From positions 344,441 to 408,440 of the forward strand of contig NMRA01000216.1 in NCBI GenBank assembly GCA_002633005.1: 64,000 nt of DNA, given 5' to 3'. The notes under the pieces are model-generated. The model worked only from the letters and a program-made list of their open reading frames with translations, made no database searches and was not told the DNA's origin. How positions within the stretch are numbered: position 1 is the stretch's first letter; each line of letters starts with the position of its first letter. Origin of the DNA: Phoronis australis (Eukaryota; Animalia; Phoronida). Made by a program: the position numbers and the translations under genes. Below, one piece after another: positions 54,401 through 64,000 of the stretch.

Positions 54401-57400
54401 TGTTGCCGGTTCACTTCCCGAGGGTATGCGATTTTTCGATAACGCTTTTTTAAATGTACCCAAGAAGCCCTGTTTCTCGTACTGTAAGTTGAACAATTCG
54501 GAAGTCATCTTTTGGAGATCTTGCTGTAGACTCTCAAGGAGAGCTGAGCGTGTTCGCACTTCGAGCTTGGAGAACTTCTTAGCTTTAAAACAGGCACGCT
54601 CAGCATTGATCAGTTTTGTGAGGAGAAATTCGCGCAATTGTTCGCCAACTTCTAACACAGCAGGTGATGGAAGTTCCGGTCCGAACTGTGGCACATCCTC
54701 TTTTGCTGTAACACAGACCTGTGAATGAAGAATTGATAGGAGGTAAATCTTCGCCATAGTCATGAGCTATGCTTCATATACATTGAACTAGCTAGTCACC
54801 GTGAAGTATACTGACCATCCTAACAAGGGTGTTGCCTGTGGAAATGCTTGTATTCATTAATCACAAGGAACACTAATCCACAAATGAATCTATGCTGATG
54901 AACTACTTTTTAAAGAAGGATCTTTCTTCAGAATCATCACGTGACATGGTGAATATTTTGAATATCTAAAAATGCTGTGTACATCTGGGACTAAGCGTCA
55001 TGTATTTCTTAGTGGGACAGATCACCTCACAAAACCTCATTACACAAATCCAGACAAAGTTTACCATCTTAACCATTCACTAAGGAAAACAAGAAGATAG
55101 GGCAGGATGAGCGTTCTATATCGACCTAGTTTCTTGTGAGAANAGTCACCGTGAAGTATACTGACCATCCTAACAAGGGTGTTGCCTGTGGAAATGCTTG
55201 TAAACATTAATCACAAGGAACACTAATCCACAAATGAATCTATGCTGATGAACTACTTTTTAAAGAAGGATCTTTCTTCAGAATCATCACGTGACATGGT
55301 GAATACTTTGATATCTAAAAATGCTGTGTACATCTGGGACTAAGCGTCATGTATTTCTTAGTGGGACAGATCACCTCACAAAACCTCATTACACAAATCC
55401 AGACAAAGTTTACCATCTTAACCATTAACTAAGGAAAACAAGAAGATAGGGCAGGATGAGCGTTCTATATCGACCTAGTTTCTTGTGAGAAAAGCAACAT
55501 CTTGCAAGACCTCACCAAATCCTGCGAGTAAGAAGCGATCCGCGAGTACGCTTGGGAGCATACTAGGTTCAGTATCCTACCAAAATGGCAGCCGCTGAAG
55601 TGATTGGTTGGTAAGGTTAGAATGTTGGATTCTGGGATTGAATTCAGTTTTTTGTTTCACAAAGTGAAGACTTTTCAGTGCAAGTACAAGCTAATGTCTT
55701 GCAGCCTACAAAACTCATCCCTGGTCAAATCGCCAGCATGCAGACACAAACCTTGTACTTGGTTTTTGGTCCAGAGTTCTCCACCGGCTGTATTACAATG
55801 TAGGCATGCAGGAACTGGGATGCAATGATGGAAGGTACAAATGGAGTGTTGGCCTCTTGGAACACAATCGACACGATGTCGTTACCAATGTGACGCTTCC
55901 TTTGAAGCTGGTAAAAACACAAATCAACCATTTTGTCATATTATAATTATGAGTGAGAATAAGTAAAAATAACATTCTACTCAATAACCAATAAACAGGC
56001 ATCAAAATAATATCTTTTATACACGAAACAAAGATTTCCCGACAAAACCTTTGAGAATGTGAGTATGACCGAAACCTTCAACAGGGTCTGAATCCATCCA
56101 AACGACTTTTACAGCAGTTTTGCCCCTTGAACAGCTGTCTTACGGTCAGCATGGTTCACCAAAAAATTTTTGAAAAAGACAGAATAAGAATCTAAAGTTA
56201 TCCTTGTGTTTAAAAATAAGCAAACATAGTCCTATAAAGACATATATGTACTCACCTGTTGGGAGTCTCCTTCCGTAAAGGGCAGCATGGTTGAAACATG
56301 GAACATGATCTCTTTGTCAGCAAATGTTGTGTATATCGACTCCAGCCCTGTCTGCCCATGCTGTGTGTCCAGACCTCCCCGGAACCTGCATAAAAATACA
56401 TCACTATCACTCAAAACTTACAGTACATTTCATGGCACCAGACAAGCTGGCGCACAATAGGTTTAATAGCACGCGTACCCCGGCAATAATTGGTGTGATG
56501 ATTTTCACGATGAACATAATTGCACCTGCTAGAACGTTTTTCCTAACTCTTTATTTACCAAGTGCACAGGTAGGTGTAAAAAATACTTACCCTTTAAAAT
56601 CCTGGAGCTGAACTTTTTCTCCTAAACACTCTAAAAACTCGGCCATTGTGTCACTGTGTTCAACATTACCAAACAGTTCTTCTTCTTTGGTCTGCAAAAT
56701 ACATTTTCACATTTGAGTTTGTTAACAAAATCAAAATGAAAGCTTACCTGTTTGGAGCCATAACACAAATTTTTCGAAGCTGCATTTCATCTTCAAAAAC
56801 CAAAAACCACAGAAAAACAAATACTGCATCAGATAATTTATGTGTACAAGTCTTGTTCTGGTCTCCTCATGAAAACACCGCAATGACCAAACCAGTCAGT
56901 TGTAAGGTATTTAGGTAACCCCCCATGCCTTGGCTAACCTCTAAACCCATTGACATCTTCAAAAAAATCTCATTGCAGCTAATGCTATCCTTTTCCAGAG
57001 ATTAATTTGAGTAATCAGGTGTGTAACTGCCCCCAATTACCAACCATAAACACCTTGTAAACCACTCCGACCTATTGTCTAGAAAGTAATCCACTGCTGG
57101 TATTCCACATCAATAATTCTGTCAAGGACACAACACAACAGAGCAATTACCTTGGGTTGTAAACTAGTTGTTGAAAATTGTGCATTAGGTGCTACATCTC
57201 ATTTCCCAGAATGCTTTGTATTGGTTGGGATTGCAACAAGCACATACAACAGTGCCTGGATTTTTATGACCGACTTCTTTTAGCTAGGGGATTTAAGAAA
57301 CAGAGATTGGTGTCAGTGATAACCACTGCCTGTTCATAGCAACTTCTTTCCTTGCCCATGCTAGACACTGTGGACTATAAAAGTTAAACCAGTCATTGAA

Positions 57401-58332
57401 AATTGAACGTTTATCATTGTTTGAATGGCAAAAATCAGTTTACTACAAAGTACGAAAATGTGCCTTGCAACTGCTGTTTCTTTGTTTACATGTTCCAACC
57501 TGTGTAGGCATGGCCTGAAGCAATATGAGGGGGGCCCTTGACTTTTGTACTACACCACCACCTGTCAGACTGATCTTAATTCACCCAAAGAGCGCAGTGA
57601 AATCTGTACGTGGGAGTGCATCATGGTTACGCTGGAGTTACGGGCACGATTACAAACCCCAACACTACACAAATGGGGTTCTCATTCGGATTCCAAAAAT
57701 TGTAAGGCGTCACTTCCAGTAAACTAGCAAAAAATTAGATAATATGACCATGATTTAAGTCAACTAATTTAAGATGGACATTCAAAGAAAAATAAGGTAA
57801 AATCTCACCAATTTTTGTTAAAATAATTGCCACAGTCAATCTTTTTTTTACTTTTCAAAATCTTCTAACGCTATTTTAAATGTCCACAATTTCTAAGAAA
57901 CTTGTCTGAAAGTAGCTATGGCTAGACCCTGATTGTACAACACTTATTTGGTGCTACTTATCTTCTATTAAAAATGAAAAAATGAAATTTCACTTGCAGA
58001 CCGTGTTGTGTCCTAAATTAGTGAGATGTTAACCGTACTTTCAAAGCTCTCACCTGTCCAAACCTTTGATAGATGATCCCGAACTTGATAGTGTTAGTAA
58101 GTATATGCTCATCAAATTTGACAATCATTTCTGAGCCCTAGAAACAAAATGAGAAGTTGTTTTTAACCGAACATGAAAATAATTGACAGTTTCCGTGTTG
58201 GTCGAAACGTCGGTACAAAAAATGATATCGAGCCATTTTGTAGGTATTTTAAAACAATATTTATATCTTAATTTATAGTACATTAGTAACTGGTACTGAC
58301 AAAGAATAATTACAATAATAATAATAATAATG

Positions 58333-58364
<32 letters not shown>

Positions 58365-61300
58365 CATCATGATGATAATAATAATGGCAGTAATAATTAT
58401 AATAGTAGCAAACAGGAACTTGATCATACACCGAATGACTGCATACACCCGACTGTAACTATACCTCACTGAATAAGTGGAAAACTTGCTGAAAATCCAG
58501 TGTCCTGCACCCAAGAGAATAATTATTGTACAATCTGACGCCTGATGTGAAATCAGACTGATGTCAATTGTAGAGAATATTTATAAGGCCACAAAGCATG
58601 TAGATAGAATGTCGTGCCCCACAAAGCAAATTATGATAATAATGACTAGGTTCAAGTTACCTTTGGGAACAAAACTGGGAAGAACTTTTCTGTTGTGATT
58701 TCGTCGTTGCACAGCTGGAAAGATGGAAAGTTACAGTTAATAATTTTCAAATAAACGTTTAACTCGCAACAATGATAAAGCTAACAAGCATTTAGGATAA
58801 CTACCTAAACTGTGGATGTCCTTCAGTTGCATTACACAAATTTAATTACCAAATTTTCCATTTCCTACTTTTAAAGGGCAATGTCCTTCGTCTGAAAATT
58901 AAATTTTTTATTGAGTGCTGTTTTAAAGATGTCAAATCCTTGTTTTCTGTTGGTTCTGAATCGGTTAGAATTGAAACTAGACAACATTTTGCGAGTTTTT
59001 GATAAAGTTTTGATTTTTTTCTACTAACACACTGAGGACATTGACATTTGATTGCCAATGTTTTAAACTTTTACGGGCAATGGAGCATAGACAATTTTTT
59101 CAATGATCAGTGGTAAAGAATACAAAGATTTGAGTATTTTTGCACCAGATTATGATTCGTTGTGATGTATGACATACAAAAATTGGTTTAAAACGAATTT
59201 TAACTGTCTTATTCGCTAAACTTGGGTCAAGCAACTTTACGGTAGGAAAGTCAAAACCAGGACGCCAAATACATCTCATTTCTCATTACGTACCCTTCCC
59301 TTGGACTGTTACAGCCAAGAAATTACCAACATCACATCTGATCTAGTATCACATTTGATCAAACTTGATAAACAAGCCTATTGTGTGGGTATTCAATGCT
59401 CTGGTAGTAAGCGGATCAGAGCTAACAGTCCCACTAAGAAATCAGCAGATGAAAGTTAAGTCTAATTTTTCTGAAAATCAACCGTTTTTCTTCGAAGTTT
59501 ATTAGTGATATTATTTCATACAAAACACATCTTCATCACAATGTGCAATGTCGTCTGGAAATAGTATTTTTAAATATCAGTAAGAGTCAGGCGCGCTGTT
59601 TGCAACATAATTGTTGGATTACGTGAGCTAATATGACATGTCGTGAACACATCCACTAAAACAAGAAACTGTAGGAACACCGCATTTATCCACCTTCACT
59701 CTTATCAGGCTTCTATTGTGAGTCAGCATGCGTGAATAATTGGCTGATAAGCCACCTCTGGAACTACTTTGGGCTGAATGGATGACCAGGCCATAAAATG
59801 ATAATTAGCCAAGACCAGTTACTATAATGCAACAAAGAACAAGTAATAATGTCTTGCATCACCTAGCCTTGGTGGAAAGCTGTATANTAAAATTCTCTCC
59901 ATAAAAAGTACAGTTGTTAGGCTAGACTGTAATCAGCTGATCATATCCGCATGAGCGAAGTCAATTATCCTCGCTCGTGACTCGATGAATAGAGCAGCTT
60001 GGCGGCATCCCTTTGAGCATGAGCCGAGCGCGTCTCAGCCAAGGTGGATAAATACAGTCAAGTTCAATTTTCCATACCCCGCCGTTTACCTTAAACACCG
60101 GGGTTAGAACCAATTTTATTTAGTGGGAATGTTCATAGCATGGAGATGAACGCAGACAATGAGAGAGCTGGACTATGTAAACATTGGTATGCCAACATTC
60201 TACCTTGCTATCGCTGTCAAACTGATGATGACTCGGCTGTATCCCAACTAGCCGATCAGTGAAATCGGAATACTGAGCCCACAGTGCGGATGCGTAACTT
60301 GTCAAAATACGTGACAACTAAAATTTTACTTTTCCATCAACTGAAAGATGAGCTAAATTGCAGAAGGAATGTCGTCAACATTTTACAATCAACTGATTGC
60401 AACCAGACTGAAGGCAAAATGGATAAAAAAGGTGAATATAGACAGTGTGGTAATATCTCACCAATTTTAAATAAGAATAATTCCAAAAATAGTGTTTTTT
60501 TCATTTTCTAGTTCTAAGGCTCCTAATATTGTTATGAATACCCACAATGTCTCTTAATCATTGTCTGGTGGCAGGTATGGTATAGATCTTTAAAAATTAC
60601 AAAGCATTTATTTGGTACTACTTAAATGAAAAAACAAAATTTCAATAACGTCGGATATCTTGTGTTCCAAATTGGTGAGATTTTACTGTACACATTTTTT
60701 GAAAACCAAACATTCCAAGCAGAACGTTACTCAACAGTGGTGCAAGATGAAATGCTAGACTTAGGAGGAAACATACACTATACCAACAGCTACTGTGAAC
60801 TTCAACAAGTAACAAAAGAAAATCCTTAACAAAAGAAAACACTAGGATGAAAGACAAGCATTACTTCAGACATGACCTCCAGCAACATTTGACCTCATAA
60901 CCACTGGCAACATCAGGGACAGGAAGTGAAGTTGCAACATACCTTAGCTAGTCTAGCAGGTGTCTGTGGATCGGGTACTTGACTCGACGGTACCAACTCA
61001 TGCACGGTGCTTGTGCGAGTTCTCAGGAGGAGCCGAATGTGTTCTTCCGACGCATCATTCTCATACTTCACAGACAGGAGGAGAGGACCCAGGTTGTCGT
61101 CTGTGACACACGCGTTGTAGTGTTCCTGAAAATAATGCAGTGCAAAAACACGTCATACCACAATTGAAGTCCCACAAAATGCTAATTGTGTAATCAATCA
61201 AAATTTAGTGCTGTTAAATCCTTCCGTTGCAGTAACCAAGTCCACTCGGATCGTGGTTTGATCGTATGACTGTAATTAGGAAACGGCTAACAAGCAATAT

Positions 61301-62179
61301 TAAAAATACAGAGTTCATTATCATTAACCTGAAACAGAACCAAGGCAGTCGGGCACTGCATCAGAGGAGTTAAGAAAGCATGTTAGCACAGAACCACATA
61401 AAACCTTTTCTATTCAATCTTCCAGGGTCCCATTCTAAGATTCATGACACTGCAAGTGATTTAACACCACGTTCTTGTGGAAAACAAGTAACATCTGGAG
61501 AAAATGTACCAACAAATTTTTGTAAAAGTGACCAACCATGAGAATAAACATGCCAAGAATTCTACAATGACACTTGGCTTACTGGAAAATCCAACTCTGC
61601 CTGGTGGTTTGCTGCTTGCATGGCCCAATTATGTGACACACCCAGCAGAATTGATGGGGGAACATAATAGGGCAACACTATACAAATTTTTTAGGTTGTA
61701 AAAGTCACATTTCTTTTCCAATTTACAAAATTCAAAAACCTTCAAAATGAAAATTTGAAAATACTTTGTCACCCCCAGTGAGTTTACGATGGGTCTGATT
61801 ATCTAGAGAACGATAACATCAGCAGCCTCGGGTGATGTAACTAACTTCAACACCATGGTATCTTTGATCAATGGCGGCAGATTTCTAGGTACCAAGGGAT
61901 CAGCCTCTCACAGCTTCACCACTATTCAATGTAAATCACCTGGCCAAGAAAGTGCCGCCTGTAAATATTAGCTATGTCATCTGTCTCAATTTGGAACGGC
62001 AGGAAAGCTTCGCTGGCAATGGGGTGTCCATCCTCATTCATGGCACAGCTATCATCTGCTCCATCGATCCAGTAGCCTCCCCCCTTTGGCTGCATCACCA
62101 GTGGGTAGGGACCAGGCAGTTTTAGTCTTTCCTCCACTGACTGGTAAGAATCGCGTCTCTTCTGTGGTGTACTATCATT
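48470..62179 (-). CDS. RAP1GAP: Rap1 GTPase-activating protein (RAP1GAP/RAP1GAP2 family), 5'-partial
   Basis: Exons 61940-62179, 60943-61125, 58661-58714, 58054-58137, 56591-56691, 56256-56385, 55752-55907, 54332-54718, 53521-53597, 52505-52615, 52003-52123, 50833-50938, 49867-49949, 48470-48601 total 1965 nt in frame. Motifs [53 protein letters not shown], catalytic [17 protein letters not shown], and a C-terminal coiled-coil-like segment. Confidence 0.94.
49500..49775 (+). mobile_element. tRNA-derived SINE (same family as 17199-17445)
   Basis: GAGGCAGTGTGGCCTAGTGT...GGGTTCGAGTCTCACTGGG and a shared body. Confidence 0.75.
51061..51427. mobile_element. Interspersed repeat homologous to 17830-18180
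   Basis: Colinear similarity over about 360 bp. Confidence 0.7.
53719..54082. mobile_element. Head-to-head pair of tRNA-derived SINE-like copies forming a foldback
   Basis: 53719-53808 is an inverted match to 53993-54082. The right copy has A box GTGGCTCAGTG and B box GGTTCGAAC; the left copy has a decayed B box on the - strand. Confidence 0.7.
54794..55492. repeat. About 348-bp direct duplication across the N at 55143 (likely contig overlap)
   Basis: 54794-55142 and 55144-55492 are nearly identical and separated exactly by the N. Confidence 0.9.
58308..58403. repeat. (ATA)n microsatellite
   Basis: Direct read. It produces the poly-Ile artefact ORF 58125..58514. Confidence 0.9.
59637..59886. 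mobile_element. Second copy (inverted) of the young element at 23611-23853, ending at N 59887
   Basis: Near-identical reverse complement. Confidence 0.8.
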
Positions 62180-62303
62180 CTGCAGGTAAACAAAAACATT
62201 TTGAAACAGCTGGTCATTAGGCCACTGTTGAGGCTACTATTTTTGGGTAATTTGACAAATCTATGAGGTTGAAAATCAGTCTGAGGAAAAAAATAATGGT
62301 GAT

Positions 62304-62462
62304 CAGTAGCGGATTTAGAGGGGGGCCAAGGGGGCCACGGCCCCCCCTAAAATTCTCCCAGATTCCATTTCGCAGAACTGGGGTGCGAATATCTGACAGC
62401 CAAAATTCTGGCAATACTCTGCCCTGGCCCCCCTTAAACTCAAAATCCTGGATCCGCCCCTG
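62304..62462. mobile_element. hAT5-like MITE with a 5-bp TSD
   Basis: CAGTAGCGGATTTA...GGATCCGCCCCTG, with GTGAT on both flanks (62299-62303, 62463-62467). Confidence 0.8.
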
Positions 62463-64000
62463 GTGATTTCTTTTGTTTTCAACTTCATGAAACTGACGCA
62501 ACCCTGCTTCTCACTAATGCGTTTTCATGCTTTTCAGCATCAAATTTTTATTTTCCATGAACAAGTTATTCTGGCAAAAATGTAAGAAATATCATACTGG
62601 AGTTTTCAACAGACACATTTAGGCTTCTTAGATAACCCCTGTGTACCCATAAAGTTTCCGCAGATACGCCTTAGAATTACCGGCATTTAGAAAAAAAATG
62701 CATATCTGAATCCTGAAACTTTTCCGGGTGCAGTTTCATAGGAAATGGACAACAAAGCCATAACTTAAAAGTAATTATCAACAATACAAACTTCAATCTG
62801 ATTAAACAATTTACATATTTTGTTACGATAGTTTACAGAGAAAAGAGCCACTTGCTTTCAGGCTACAGTGTTGATACACATGTATTCGTCACTTCCAATT
62901 ATAAGCCTTGATTTCTGTTCCCCAAACTGCTATTTCCCAAATGCACATCTCATGTTTGTCTGCCAAAAGCTCCGGTAGTGATTTTTACCATTGCCAAGCA
63001 CAACTGAATTCATGGACTCAAAGTATGACATCCAAAATGAACGACATCTTTTCCACCAGACTGTTATATCTTTACATATTCAATGCAAGGTCACAAACTC
63101 AATCTGGTCTTTTTCATGGTCTTCCAATGTAAGGAAACAGTCACTGTCGGAGAAAAATCTGCCATGAAGAAATTTCCAAGGGAACCTTTTTACCCAGATC
63201 TCAAAAATCTCTAAGATCCCTAGGCATACCTACAACACTGGCAAATACAATTAATGTGCTGTTTGAGTACAACAACCAGAGGCTTCTTCATTTCCTGAAG
63301 CAAAATGATTGATGAGATCATGAGACAATTCCTCCGCAAACATTTGGGGTTTTGTTACCACAACACCTTAGCGAGCCTAATCCAAACTGTCATAATGGAT
63401 TCAAAAATTGATGATTATTGTTGCTAATAGCCGTGATGCTGAAGAAAATCTATTTGTTAATTTTTTCTTATCCAGCCTCGATTTTAAAAATTCAAAGATA
63501 GCCAAGATTTACTTTCCAAACCAACATGTTTGTATTTTTCCTTACTTATTGTTCGTTTTTTTACTTTGAAACTTGTTTGCTAAACAGGCGTGTTGATTTA
63601 CGACCGCAATTATCGCAACCGGCACGTTCAGCCAAGCCTATGAATAGCAAGAAGCTCCCTTCAATCTGTGACAGCGCCATCAGGCCTTTGATGTGCCGAG
63701 GAGTTCGCTGGATATACTGGAGTAAACAGTGCACCCTTTCTTGTTAGCATAAGACTAGACTTGCCTAATACATTAACCAAAGGCGGCACAGTCCGGGGGG
63801 GGACTCCCAAAAAGGATGGATACGAGATGTGCTCCTCAAAAGAGTGACCTTTTCACGAGTTTTCCCTATGAAAGAGAACATTTTTCGACATCTTAACTTC
63901 CCTACGGAATGGTGCATTTTCTGACAAAATTGCTTTAAAATGTTCACTCAGGGAGTTTTAAATGCCATACAAGATTCCTTTTCCAACTGCACAAGTCTAC

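Noticed and set aside
54794-55492. Biological tandem duplication in a Rap1GAP intron
   Set aside because: The copies are split exactly by an N and are nearly identical, typical of overlapping contig ends.
58125-58514. 129-aa poly-Ile ORF
   Set aside because: Translation of the (ATA)n microsatellite.
60222-60266. Hammerhead or SECIS-like CTGATGA-hairpin-GAAA
   Set aside because: Extra bases before GAAA, no stem I/III or cleavage triplet in register, and it is antisense in an intron rather than in a 3' UTR.
62180-64000. Upstream Rap1GAP (GoLoco-like) exons
   Set aside because: No DQR-type motif with usable splice sites was found; they probably lie beyond the window.

Overview
AT-rich, intron-rich invertebrate-type animal genomic DNA; no prokaryotic features. 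Five spliced protein-coding genes were rebuilt by hand from splice sites and reading phase: NudC (+, first exon not found in the window), a PhyH-family 2OG-Fe(II) dioxygenase (-, 8 exons, 318 aa), ORC3 (-, 20 exons, about 686 aa), SF3B4 (+, 9 exons, 408 aa) and a Rap1GAP (-, 5' end apparently outside the window). ORC3 and SF3B4 are head-to-head with 334 bp between their ATGs, and mirror-image copies of one repeat lie in their first introns. ORC3 has a U12-type last intron and a GC-AG intron. The exon carrying the U12 donor appears twice across an assembly N: most likely two haplotypes, but an obligate mutually exclusive pair if real. Introns hold MITEs, tRNA-derived SINEs, a LINE 3' end, minisatellites built from splice signals, and palindromic Penelope-like remnants with a candidate variant minimal hammerhead ribozyme. 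Family assignments come from motif recognition only; no searches were run.
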